Source: Candidatus Staskawiczbacteria bacterium (GTDB lineage: Bacteria > Patescibacteriota > Minisyncoccia > Minisyncoccales > Staskawiczbacteraceae). From it: a stretch of DNA of 64,000 nt. Below the pieces are notes generated by a model. The model saw only the letters and a program-made list of their open reading frames with translations. It was not told the origin of the DNA and did not search any database. Position numbers and translations under genes: made by a program. Positions 46,632-56,096 of this stretch are shown here, in pieces. The stretch lies in the NCBI GenBank assembly GCA_903885445.1, contig CAISIO010000020.1:55-64054 (forward strand), in the 5' to 3' direction. Positions within the stretch are counted from its first letter, which is position 1. Each line of letters begins with the position of its first letter.

Positions 46632-47537
46632 ATGTCAAAGAAGATAATTTTATTTTTGGCGGGAATGCTGGTTTGTTTGAATGTTTTGTGTTGGAAGGAA
46701 GTTTTTGTCTTGGCAAAACCCGGTTATCTATTGGTTGATTTTTTGAATGTTGGGCAGGGGGATTCTGCTTTTATAAGAACTCCAGAAGATTATAAAATTC
46801 TGATTGACGGCGGGCCGGACTCAGCTGTTTTGGAAAAATTAAACAAACTTTTGCCTTTTTGGGATAAATCTTTGGACATTGTTATTTTAAGCCATCCTGA
46901 AAAGGACCACATGTCGGGACTTTTGGATGTTTTGGAAAAATATAAAGTAAAATATTTTTTATGGTCCGGCGTTGTGAAAGACGACCCGGAAAACAAAAAA
47001 CTGGCGGAAATTTTAAATAATATAAAAAAGCCCGGCAGAAATTTTCTGATGGCTTCTTTGGGAGTTAGGGAGGGGACAAAAGTTTTGGAGGCTAGCGCGG
47101 GAGAGGAAATTAAAGCCGGGAGCGTCTTAATCGATGTTCTATTCCCATTGGAAAATGTAGCAGGCAAAGAGCTAAAAAACTCAAGCAATGACGCCTGCGT
47201 AGTGAATAAAATTATTTATGGGAAAAATTCTTTTTTGTTTACAGGTGATATAAGTTCTGTGGCTGAAAAGGAGCTTATAAATAACAATTCAGATTTACAA
47301 TCAGATGTTTTAAAAGTGGCTCATCACGGCTCAAAATATTCAACTTCTGATATTTTTTTATCGGCGGTTAAGCCAAAAAGCGCTGTTATTTCTGTGGGGG
47401 CCAAAAATACATATGGACATCCTACGCCCGAGGTTTTGCAAAGATTGGAAAAATCTGGTATAAAGGTGTTAAGAACAGACCAGCGGGGAGATGTCAAAAT
47501 TCTTTCTGATGGTAATAAAATTAATTTATATAAATAA
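46632..47537 (+). CDS. ComEC/Rec2-related MBL-fold hydrolase domain protein
   Basis: TM anchor, FLNVGQGDSAFI, SHPEKDH and LKVAHHGSKYS motifs. Confidence 0.8.
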   Translation: MSKKIILFLAGMLVCLNVLCWKEVFVLAKPGYLLVDFLNVGQGDSAFIRTPEDYKILIDGGPDSAVLEKLNKLLPFWDKSLDIVILSHPEKDHMSGLLDVLEKYKVKYFLWSGVVKDDPENKKLAEILNNIKKPGRNFLMASLGVREGTKVLEASAGEEIKAGSVLIDVLFPLENVAGKELKNSSNDACVVNKIIYGKNSFLFTGDISSVAEKELINNNSDLQSDVLKVAHHGSKYSTSDIFLSAVKPKSAVISVGAKNTYGHPTPEVLQRLEKSGIKVLRTDQRGDVKILSDGNKINLYK

Positions 47538-47540
47538 AAC

Positions 47541-48629
47541 ATGAAGGATTTAGATTTTCCGCTTTTTAAAACAAAAAGCGACGTATACAAAAAATTCGAT
47601 TTAACCGACGCAAAACAGCGCCAGGAATATTTTGAATACAAAGCCGGCCCCGAAATAAAAAAGCTAAGAGAATATTTACAGAACAATTCTTTCATTGCCT
47701 ATTTTATGGGTAAAAAATCTTCGGGGAAAGGGACCTATTCTAAAATGTTCGCCGAGATTGTAGATAAAGATAAAATTGCTCATTTTTCAATTGGGGATAT
47801 GATACGTTCTTTTGATGAAACGGTAAGAGATGAAAACAAGAAAAAAGAGCTTGTTGAATTTTTAAAGAAAAATTACAGAGGATTCTTGCCTTTGGAAAAA
47901 ATAATGGCCGCTCTGGAAACAAGGTCAACAAAAGTTTTGCTTCCGACTGAATTAATTTTGGCCTTGGCAAAAAGGGAAATTGCAAAACTCGGCAAAAAAA
48001 CAATTTTCCTTGACGGCTTTCCCAGAGATTTAGACCAGATTTCGTATTCCTTGTTTTTCCGTGATCTTATCGGATACAGAGACGATGCCGACGTTTTTAT
48101 TTTAAATGATGTCCCAAATTCTGTAATTGATGAAAGAATTAAATACAGGATGATTTGTCCGGTTTGCCAGACATCAAGAAACCTGAAGCTTCTGGCGACG
48201 AAAACAGTCGAGTATGATAAAGAAACCGGGAAATTTCATTTATTGTGCGATAATGCGGCTTGCCCTTCGCTGGAAAAAGGAAAGCCCTCGAGAATGGTTA
48301 CAAAAGAAGGAGATGAGCAGGGAATTGGCCCTATAAAAGAACGCCTGGAAAAAGACGGAATGCTCGTAAAAGAGGCTTATAATTTGCAGGGAATCCCTAA
48401 AGTGCTTTTGAGAAATTCTATACCCGTGGATAGGGTTAAAGACATTACCGATGATTACGAAATTACTCCGGAATATGTTTATAAATACGATGATAAATCC
48501 GGCAAAGTTGAAATTTCAGAAAAGCCATGGGAAGTAAAAGACGACGAAGGAAATCTTTCAAACAGCTTAATGCCGCCCCCAGTCGTTGTTTCTTTAATTA
48601 AGCAGTTAGTAAAAGCCCTTGACCTGTAA
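47541..48629 (+). CDS. Adenylate kinase-family protein with extensions (362 aa)
   Basis: P-loop GKKSSGKGT, DGFPRDLDQ, and a Zn-lid-like RMICPVCQTSRN ... CDNAAC. It is longer than canonical Adk. Confidence 0.55.
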   Translation: MKDLDFPLFKTKSDVYKKFDLTDAKQRQEYFEYKAGPEIKKLREYLQNNSFIAYFMGKKSSGKGTYSKMFAEIVDKDKIAHFSIGDMIRSFDETVRDENKKKELVEFLKKNYRGFLPLEKIMAALETRSTKVLLPTELILALAKREIAKLGKKTIFLDGFPRDLDQISYSLFFRDLIGYRDDADVFILNDVPNSVIDERIKYRMICPVCQTSRNLKLLATKTVEYDKETGKFHLLCDNAACPSLEKGKPSRMVTKEGDEQGIGPIKERLEKDGMLVKEAYNLQGIPKVLLRNSIPVDRVKDITDDYEITPEYVYKYDDKSGKVEISEKPWEVKDDEGNLSNSLMPPPVVVSLIKQLVKALDL

Positions 48630-48785
48630 TCTTAAAGAGTTAAGATAAAGGTAGCTCTGATGTTTCGAATTTTCTAAACAAACTTTTTTTACGGGAGTTC
48701 AATATCCGTCGCAACCTTGGTTGCGATATGAGAACACCCACTTAGATTTTTTAGAAATCTATAGAAACACAGGGCGACTAAAGAC

Positions 48786-48806
48786 CACCCATCCAGGGTG
48801 TTTTTT
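48786..48806 (+). terminator. Leader terminator/attenuator upstream of the 598-aa membrane protein gene
   Basis: CACCC-ATCCA-GGGTG followed by T6, ~50 nt upstream of ATG 48855. An upstream second CACCC (48736-48740) could compete for the same GGGTG. Confidence 0.4.
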
Positions 48807-48854
48807 AGTGCCCGATTTTGATTTAACCCTAACGTTGTTATAGAATAAATAATT

Positions 48855-50651
48855 ATGATAAAGCTTTTAATCGGTTTAATTTTACTGGCAATTCCCTTTT
48901 TGTTAGTTGGATTGTTTAGAAACAAGAAAAAGGGATTTGTTTACGTCCTTTTCTTCTGGCTTTTATTCCATGCTTGTTTAGCTGTTTTATCACAAGTTTT
49001 TGGAATTTTTTATTACGGAGTTTTATTGGCTGGAAATTTGCTGGCAACGGCAGTCGCGCTTGTTTTTTATTTTAAGCGTAAAAACTTTAAAAAAACAGTT
49101 TTTAATTTTTTGAAATTAGACTGGCTTTTGCTGGTTGTAATAGTTGTCTCTTTTTTGAGTTTAATCCAGGTTCATTATAATTACACCGGAAAATTGAGCA
49201 TGGTTCAAGACGGAGCCTATGTTTACCACGATGTTAAAAATGTAAAATATGTTTATCCATATTTTGCCGATGAATGGTATGCTGTTTCTTTGATAAATGG
49301 CGCCATAAGTAATCATTCTTTGCCGTTTACAAATATTTTTGACAATAGTTTTTTTGTAAACCTAGAAATGTTTTTCCATTCTCTTTTGGCGGAATTTATG
49401 CTGTTTTTAGGCCTAAATCCCTTAATGGATTATGTTTTTGTGTCGCTATTTGCAAACATCCTTATTGTCGCGCTGGTTTATCTATTTTTGCGTATAAATA
49501 ATATGTCCGGAGCGAACTCTGCTATTTGTTCTTTGGCGATGCTTTATTTAACGTGTTGCAGTAATTTACCGGGATTGTGGTATTTAATTCCCGTGAACCT
49601 CGGAATTATATTTTGTCTGATTGGATTTTGCTTCACATCTTTTGGCGACACAAAAATGATGTTACTGTCGCTTTTGGCAGTTTTTCTTTTTTACCCGCCC
49701 TTATTTATTTTTTACGGCTTGGCGCTGATAGTGTTTTTTTCCGGCAAGCTTAAAAAGGCAATAGAAGCAAGGCCCGCGCTGATTAGTTACCTGATTGTTG
49801 CCCCGGCTTTGGCGGTTGTGGTTTTATATGTTTTATCTTTAATCCCTTCGGTTGGAATATCCCTGGGCTATCTTTTTTCCAAGCTTTATTATCCTTCTTT
49901 CACGGGAAACCTTACCCCACAATTTAATTTTTATTACATAATTCCCTGGGCGATAATTTTACTGGCTGTTTTCGGTCTGCGCCAGGTTTATACAAACAAA
50001 AAATGGATTTTTGCGCAGCTTTTGCTTGGCTCGGCGCTTTGGTTTTTTTATTCTTTTTATAATTACAGGTTTGTCATAGAGTACGAAAGAGTTGTATTTT
50101 TTACATCCATGCTTGTTGTGTTAATTTCAGGATTTGGTTTGGAAGCGGTAGAAAAATATATAGGCCAAAAATTCAAGAATATAGGTCCTTTAGTTTTAAA
50201 ATACGCAAAACCTGCCGTAATTGGTTTGTTTTTGGTTTTTTTGCCTTTCTATACACAAGGAGATAATTGGGAAAGTTTTGCGCTGAAAGATTCTTCCGGG
50301 GAAATTGGAGCTGCTCCCCGGGCGCCCGCGAATAATTATTTGACGCCCGATGACCTGAGAATCTTTAGCAGCATCAAAGCAAGAAAGTTTTTAAGCGTTG
50401 CATGGAAGGGGACCGTGATTGGAGTAAGTACCGGAAATTATCCGGTTGTTACAAAAGAAGGCACGATAACAATGGGCTCGAGCAGTATGCCCGACAAATT
50501 TTTGAATACTGGCTGTGAAAGCAAAAAAAATATAGCCAAAGAATTTGGCTTGGATTATATCTATTTGGCAAGCGATTTTTCCTGTCCTGGTTTTGAGAAA
50601 GTAGACAAAAGTCCGGAGGGATTTATTTTGTATAAATTCACCGGCAACTAA
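48855..50651 (+). CDS. Large polytopic membrane protein (possible glycan or lipid-linked-sugar transferase)
   Basis: 598 aa with more than 12 hydrophobic helices and a soluble C-terminal domain. It is adjacent to the glycosyltransferase cluster. No specific family recognised. Confidence 0.5.
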   Translation: MIKLLIGLILLAIPFLLVGLFRNKKKGFVYVLFFWLLFHACLAVLSQVFGIFYYGVLLAGNLLATAVALVFYFKRKNFKKTVFNFLKLDWLLLVVIVVSFLSLIQVHYNYTGKLSMVQDGAYVYHDVKNVKYVYPYFADEWYAVSLINGAISNHSLPFTNIFDNSFFVNLEMFFHSLLAEFMLFLGLNPLMDYVFVSLFANILIVALVYLFLRINNMSGANSAICSLAMLYLTCCSNLPGLWYLIPVNLGIIFCLIGFCFTSFGDTKMMLLSLLAVFLFYPPLFIFYGLALIVFFSGKLKKAIEARPALISYLIVAPALAVVVLYVLSLIPSVGISLGYLFSKLYYPSFTGNLTPQFNFYYIIPWAIILLAVFGLRQVYTNKKWIFAQLLLGSALWFFYSFYNYRFVIEYERVVFFTSMLVVLISGFGLEAVEKYIGQKFKNIGPLVLKYAKPAVIGLFLVFLPFYTQGDNWESFALKDSSGEIGAAPRAPANNYLTPDDLRIFSSIKARKFLSVAWKGTVIGVSTGNYPVVTKEGTITMGSSSMPDKFLNTGCESKKNIAKEFGLDYIYLASDFSCPGFEKVDKSPEGFILYKFTGN

Positions 50652-51751
50652 TTTTTACTAATCTCCTTTTTTATTTTTTCGATGAATATTTTTGTGTCAA
50701 AATTCTTGGCTTGGTTTTGGCAGGTGTTTTTGAATAATAGGGGATTCTCATCTATTTGTTTGCCAAGCTTTTCTATTGCTTCTGCCAACTTGTTTTCGTC
50801 TATATCGTCAATCAGTATTCCAGTTTTTCCGTTTATAATTGTTTCTTTGTATCCGCCCTCGTTTGGAGCGACAACCGCCTTTCCCGAAGCCATTGCTTCA
50901 ACCACGTTCATGCCAAAATCTTCGTCTTTTGAGGTGGTTATAAATCCTTTGCAGTTAGCGTAGAGATTTACTAATTCGTCCTGCGAAACCCAACTTTTTA
51001 TTTCAACATTTTTGGGCTTTATTTTTTTGCAATAATTAGCGTAATCTAAAAAATGCTTGGACTGCTCATAGCTTCCTACGATAATGAGTTTTTCCTCGGG
51101 TAGGTTGGAAAAAGCATTGAGTTGCATGTCGATTCTTTTATTAGAAAATAATCGGTTTACTGAAAGCCAGTAATCCCCGGATTTTTTAAAAAAATAACTT
51201 TGATTTTCCACCGGAGGATTTATTACAACTGATTCGCGGTTTAAAAATTTCTTTAATCTGTTTTGGGTATTTACTGAATTACACGCGCAAATTCCCGCGC
51301 TTTTAATATATTTTTTGTTTAAATAGCGGTTGTAAAAAACCCATAAATCAAAAATGGGGCGCAGATGCCAGGGCACAGTTTGGTTTCTTGTGTGTTCGCA
51401 CATATCCCAAATTTCGCGGATGGGCGAGTGGACATACCATAAATTTGGTTTGTTATTTACTGCGCCCGACATTGCCCAATCTCCGCAGACTATGTAGAAA
51501 TCGTAATTGTTGCCAAGATTCAGATTCCTGAATTTCCATAATGAAAACTGTTGCTTAAAGGGCGCGTTTATGGGTACGGAACCTATAGAATGGATTCTCG
51601 GCAGAACGTCTTTAAATCCCATTTTATCAATTTTTTCAGCATCTATGTTTGTTGTGTAAATATCGGCGTTAAGATTTTTAGCTAAAATCAAAGTCACTCT
51701 TTCCGCCCCGCCGATATTGTCCATGAAATTGTGGAAAATTGCGATTTTCAT
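50648..51751 (-). CDS. Glycosyltransferase family 4 (GT-B, group 1)
   Basis: MKIAIFHNFMDNIGGAERV N-terminus and C-terminal EDFGMNVVEAMASGKAVVA (E-x7-E region). Confidence 0.8.
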   Translation of the reverse strand: MKIAIFHNFMDNIGGAERVTLILAKNLNADIYTTNIDAEKIDKMGFKDVLPRIHSIGSVPINAPFKQQFSLWKFRNLNLGNNYDFYIVCGDWAMSGAVNNKPNLWYVHSPIREIWDMCEHTRNQTVPWHLRPIFDLWVFYNRYLNKKYIKSAGICACNSVNTQNRLKKFLNRESVVINPPVENQSYFFKKSGDYWLSVNRLFSNKRIDMQLNAFSNLPEEKLIIVGSYEQSKHFLDYANYCKKIKPKNVEIKSWVSQDELVNLYANCKGFITTSKDEDFGMNVVEAMASGKAVVAPNEGGYKETIINGKTGILIDDIDENKLAEAIEKLGKQIDENPLLFKNTCQNQAKNFDTKIFIEKIKKEISKN

Positions 51752-51752
51752 T

Positions 51753-52892
51753 TTAAATTATTATGCCAGATTGAATTGTCCATAATGCCATCAAAAATCC
51801 CTGAAGCAACAGAAGGAAAAGCATCAGGCCGTTGTCGACTTCCTCTTTCTCGGATATTTTGGCAAAAATAATATATATAGGAAATACAGCCGTGCAATAA
51901 CGTAGCATGCTTACCATTGATGCATGATATGAAATGCCAAAGAGAACCAGTAAAATTCCTGTCAAAAACCATGAAAATCCGATTTTTTTATAAAAAATTA
52001 CCAGCAAAAAAATAATAATTATGGAGGCGACGGCTCCCCAGACGCTTCCGGGATCGCGAGAAAGCAGATTTTCATAAAGTCCTCGGATTGGGTTTTCCAA
52101 ATAATTATGCCAGCCGATTTGTTTTATATGCGGGTACGCGAAAATGTCTCCCGTCAGAAGCCACGTGTAAGCTGTAAAAAGCGCCAGGCCCAATGGTATG
52201 AGCGCCACGGAAAATCCGTCCTTTAATATTTTTAGAATATTAATTTCTCCTTTTGCTTTTTCCGCCAGGAAATTTTTTACATATTCATAAATCACCGGCA
52301 GTAAAATAATTATCCCAAAAGGTTTTGTCAACGTCAGCAGCATTCCGGAAACTCCAGATAGCAGCCATTTTTTCTTTTTTGCGTAATACATGCAGGCTAG
52401 AAGAAGAAATAAAAATAGCGATTCTGAAAGCGCGGCCGACAAAATAAAAGCAGAAGGAAAAACAAATAAATATTTTATCGCTCGCAAAGAAGTTTTTTCA
52501 TCGCAGTCCAATCTTGCAAGTTTGTATAAAAATACCGCCGCCAAAATCAAAAACAGGTTGGAGACTAATAGCGCCGCTATAAAGTAATTCTGCGTAATGA
52601 AACTGAAAATTTTTATAAGAATCGGGTAAAGAGGGAAAAAACCATAGTTCGCCCAGCCGTTAAGGTTTTTAGCGGCGGAGTATCCGGTGCTGGCTATTTC
52701 TATATACCATCCGGTGTCCCACAGCCCCCAAGTGTTTAAAATTTTACTTGGCGAGTAGTTTTGCCGTGAAAAATATTCAAGAGAAGTGGCTCCAATGGCG
52801 GTCAATGCTACGCGGGTTATAAAGAAAACCGCCAAAGTATAGTATATTTCTTTCGGGATTTTTTTTAAGAATTCTTGTGTTTCTTTTTTCAT
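51753..52892 (-). CDS. PIG-V/mannosyltransferase-like polytopic membrane glycosyltransferase
   Basis: The WDTGWYIEIASTGY motif sits after the first TM helix, and there are many TM helices. The start was trimmed to ATG 52892, 7 nt after the upstream gene stop. Confidence 0.55.
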   Translation of the reverse strand: MKKETQEFLKKIPKEIYYTLAVFFITRVALTAIGATSLEYFSRQNYSPSKILNTWGLWDTGWYIEIASTGYSAAKNLNGWANYGFFPLYPILIKIFSFITQNYFIAALLVSNLFLILAAVFLYKLARLDCDEKTSLRAIKYLFVFPSAFILSAALSESLFLFLLLACMYYAKKKKWLLSGVSGMLLTLTKPFGIIILLPVIYEYVKNFLAEKAKGEINILKILKDGFSVALIPLGLALFTAYTWLLTGDIFAYPHIKQIGWHNYLENPIRGLYENLLSRDPGSVWGAVASIIIIFLLVIFYKKIGFSWFLTGILLVLFGISYHASMVSMLRYCTAVFPIYIIFAKISEKEEVDNGLMLFLLLLQGFLMALWTIQSGIII

Positions 52893-52899
52893 AAAAATT

Positions 52900-53658
52900 T
52901 CATTTTTTAATTCCCAAATATTCATAGCAAACAAGCGGACCGTCGAAGTATTCACTTACTTTTATTATTTTTATTCCCGCCTCGGCCAAATTTTTTATTA
53001 CTTTCTTTTTGTTTACGTAATGCATTTCCATTATCGGGCCCTGGGCAGGATTTTTTAATTTTAAGAAATTAAATATTTTTTGCTTGGCAAAATGCGCTAC
53101 GGTCCTGGCTGGCTGGGGATACAAAAATTCTATTAGGCCGTCTTTAAATGATTTAGATTTGCTTGGCAAATTAAAAATAATTGTTCCTTCGGGTTTTAAA
53201 ACCCTTGCGAGCTCTTTTATATATCCTTGCGAGTACTTTTGTTTCATATGCTGTAAAGTTATCAAGGAGAAAACAAAGTCAAAACTGTTATCATAAAATA
53301 ATTTCAAATCAGGATCTTTGTTCACTAAAAATTTGCAATTGGCATTGGTTTTGTATTTTTTTGCCAGTTCAATCATTGATGGAGCTATGTCTGCGCCGAT
53401 TGCTTCTTGAAAATAATTTCCCAGATGATTTGTTATCCTGCCCGCGCCGCAGCCAAAATCCAGCGCCTTTCCGTATTTTGCTGAAGGATTGGAAAATTTT
53501 ATTTCCTTAATTAAATGTTCTGCTTTTTCTGCGCCCGTGCCAAAAAAATCTTTCAAATCCCATTTATTGTTTTTCTTTTCTTTTACCGTCATTATTGACC
53601 AAAGAGGGTCTGTTTTTCCAAAATCATCCCAATTTTTTTGCAGTTCTTTTATGTCCAT
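52900..53658 (-). CDS. Class I SAM-dependent methyltransferase
   Basis: ALDFGCGAGR (motif I) and PEGTIIF (post-II). The start was trimmed to ATG 53658, just after the stop of the upstream GT2 gene. Confidence 0.75.
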   Translation of the reverse strand: MDIKELQKNWDDFGKTDPLWSIMTVKEKKNNKWDLKDFFGTGAEKAEHLIKEIKFSNPSAKYGKALDFGCGAGRITNHLGNYFQEAIGADIAPSMIELAKKYKTNANCKFLVNKDPDLKLFYDNSFDFVFSLITLQHMKQKYSQGYIKELARVLKPEGTIIFNLPSKSKSFKDGLIEFLYPQPARTVAHFAKQKIFNFLKLKNPAQGPIMEMHYVNKKKVIKNLAEAGIKIIKVSEYFDGPLVCYEYLGIKK

Positions 53659-53662
53659 ATCT

Positions 53663-54799
53663 TTACCTTTCTTTGATTCCCAAAATACTAAGCATAAACG
53701 AAGAAAAAAATGTTTGTATTCCGACGATAAGCAAAGTTGAAGCAATAATGGAATTTTTTATTTCGTTTAACGCCGGGAACCCTAACTTTATCCAATTTGC
53801 GATAATAAAAATAAAAATTAAAATTCCAGCCAAAGCGGTCACGAGCCCCAAAACCCCGGCTCTTTCAATGGTAATGTATTTAAAAAGTTTCTCAAAATTT
53901 TTACTGCGGTCTTTCAAATGAGTTATGGCGTAGGTTTTAGCGAATGCCGAAAAAATTATTAACTGGTAGCCGGCGATTATCAGCAGCGAGGAAAAAAACA
54001 TAGGATGGTAGAATAAAGCGACGCCAAAAATTTTTGGAACTCCGAAATAGAGCCACGCAGTGGAAACAGTTCCGACTAAAAGTAAGATAACTCCGGGAAT
54101 AAAAAACAAGAAGAGGGGAGAGTACAAAAGCATAAATCTTATATGCCTCCAGGCGTCTGCCATTGACCTTATTTTTGTTTCTCCTTTACGTGGGTAATAA
54201 TCAATTGCCAGTTCTTTTATTTTCAAATTGTTTTTCAACGCTTTTACCAGCATTTCCGACGCAAATTCCATTCCTGTTGTCTGCAAATTTAGTTTTTCCA
54301 GGCAGTCTTTTTTTATGGCGCGAAGGCCGCATTGAGAATCCCTGATTTTTGTTTTAAAAAACAAACGCAAAAGAAAAGAAAGCACAGGGTTGCCGATGTA
54401 TTTATGGGAAAAAGTCATTGCCTGGCCGTGCATTTTACCGGCAAACCTGTTGCCGATTGCCATATCGAATCCGTTTTTAAGCTGGTTTACAAAATTTAGG
54501 ATTTCAGAAAAATCATAGCTGGCATCGGCGTCAGCCATAAATATATATTTCCCCCTGGCAACTTTGAAAGCCTCTAAATAAGCAACGCCATAACCTTCTT
54601 TGTCGTGCTTTACAAGAATAACATTTTCTTTTTTGGCGATTTCCGGACTTTTGTCGGTTGAAGAATCAGAAACAATTATTTCAGCTGAAAGATTATTTTC
54701 TTTGATGGTTTTTTTAATTTGCGCCAGGCAAACAGGCAAGCCCTGTTCTTCATTTCTGCACGGTAAAATTACGCTTATTTCCGGATTTTTGTTTTCCAT
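53663..54799 (-). CDS. Glycosyltransferase family 2 with C-terminal TM helices (polyprenol-phosphate sugar synthase-like)
   Basis: ISVILPCRNEE, the DAD motif (FMADADASYD), and four C-terminal hydrophobic helices. Confidence 0.8.
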   Translation of the reverse strand: MENKNPEISVILPCRNEEQGLPVCLAQIKKTIKENNLSAEIIVSDSSTDKSPEIAKKENVILVKHDKEGYGVAYLEAFKVARGKYIFMADADASYDFSEILNFVNQLKNGFDMAIGNRFAGKMHGQAMTFSHKYIGNPVLSFLLRLFFKTKIRDSQCGLRAIKKDCLEKLNLQTTGMEFASEMLVKALKNNLKIKELAIDYYPRKGETKIRSMADAWRHIRFMLLYSPLFLFFIPGVILLLVGTVSTAWLYFGVPKIFGVALFYHPMFFSSLLIIAGYQLIIFSAFAKTYAITHLKDRSKNFEKLFKYITIERAGVLGLVTALAGILIFIFIIANWIKLGFPALNEIKNSIIASTLLIVGIQTFFSSFMLSILGIKER

Positions 54800-54849
54800 T
54801 ATTATAATTTAACCACATAAATCAGCTTATATCAATTCATATTTTTTAC

Positions 54850-54878
54850 ACAAAAAAAACCGAGACGCGGGTCTCGGG
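54850..54878 (-). terminator. Intrinsic terminator after the PEP-CTERM gene
   Basis: The minus strand reads CCGAGAC-CCGC-GTCTCGG followed by T8. A second hairpin, GGCTAGG-GCAT-CCTAGCC, lies just upstream of it. Confidence 0.6.
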
Positions 54879-54924
54879 GTTTCACAACTCTCGCTGTGAT
54901 ATTGCTGGCTAGGATGCCCTAGCC

Positions 54925-55917
54925 CTATTGTTGTCTTCGTCGGCGTAGCAGCGCCAGGCCGCCCATCGCGAGCAGCGCCATACTCGCCGGCTCGGGAATG
55001 GGCGATGCTCCATTGGCGCGGCTGGCGCCGAAATTATCTCCCAAGATCGCCAGGTCGGCTCGGTCTACGACATTGTCGCCGTTGAAGTCGCCGTCCGACC
55101 ATGTGGCGCTAGTCATGCCGAAGTGCTCCTTCAGGGTAAGATAGTCAAGCACGCCGACGACACCGTCGAGATTGGCGTCGCCTGGAATCGGCTCCGGTGC
55201 GACGTCGAACATCAGCATGTCTACTCCCGGATAGCGGGCATTCGAAGTGCCGGTCCAGTAGTTGATTGCGATACTCTTGATGTACGAACCGTCGCTGGTC
55301 TTAAAGCCTACGAAGCTGCTTTTCCAGTCGGCCACGTAGGGAGCGGGGATGAGTATGCTCCCCAAGTATTGGTCGGCAATCCCATAGGCGTCCACCTGCA
55401 GTTTGTCATTCCCGGGACTGGTACCGTACAGTATCCAGTACCCGCCGACTTTGGTGGCGCCGTCTCCGGGAAGAGTCAACACGAATGGCGAGAATGGAGT
55501 TAAGGATGAGCCCCATTCTAGAAGGTAGTGGTCGCCGTCAGGTAGTTGACTGGCCTTGTTGACTGATCCATAGCTGCTAAATCCGTGACCCTCCTCGGCT
55601 CGGACGATGGTGATGCCTTGATGCGGCTGGTTGCCAGTTCCTCTTGTGTTGGGGATTGGTGCCGTCAATTGAACTCCGCTCTGCATGAAGGTATACGCAG
55701 AGTTTTTGCCCGGAATCACTAGACCGTTGGGGTAGGTCTGGTTGTCAGTGTCCTCGCTGGCGTTGGTGTAGTCCGGGGCTTCCTCGAAGCTTTCCCGAAC
55801 AGTGTTGGGGCCGAAGTCGGCCAGACCGACTTGAACCAGGTCTGCCGTGGCAGCGCCCGGCACAAAAGCCAGAACCATGGCGGCCGTTAACGCACAGTAG
55901 AGTGTTGCGGTCTTCAC
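54925..55917 (-). CDS. PEP-CTERM sorting-signal protein with dockerin-like Ca-binding repeats
   Basis: GTG start with GAGGAG 8 nt upstream. Signal peptide MKTATLYCALTAAMVLAFVPGAATA. GDANLDGVVGVLDY and GDFNGDNVVDRADL repeats. The C-terminus is IPEPASMALLAMGGLALLRRRRQQ (PEP motif, TM helix, Arg cluster). Strongly G+C-rich. Confidence 0.85.
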   Translation of the reverse strand: MKTATLYCALTAAMVLAFVPGAATADLVQVGLADFGPNTVRESFEEAPDYTNASEDTDNQTYPNGLVIPGKNSAYTFMQSGVQLTAPIPNTRGTGNQPHQGITIVRAEEGHGFSSYGSVNKASQLPDGDHYLLEWGSSLTPFSPFVLTLPGDGATKVGGYWILYGTSPGNDKLQVDAYGIADQYLGSILIPAPYVADWKSSFVGFKTSDGSYIKSIAINYWTGTSNARYPGVDMLMFDVAPEPIPGDANLDGVVGVLDYLTLKEHFGMTSATWSDGDFNGDNVVDRADLAILGDNFGASRANGASPIPEPASMALLAMGGLALLRRRRQQ

Positions 55918-56096
55918 GGTGTAGACTCCTCGTCAAAAAAAGAGCAGCGGTCTCTTTGCAGACATTCTGCAACTTAACTTATATGTTAATTACTATTAAT
56001 AATTTGTCAATGGAATGCTTAAGTTATCCACAGGTGTTGACATTGCCTTTTGTGGTATAATAAAAAAATCTAAAAATATAAATTGAAAAAATAATT

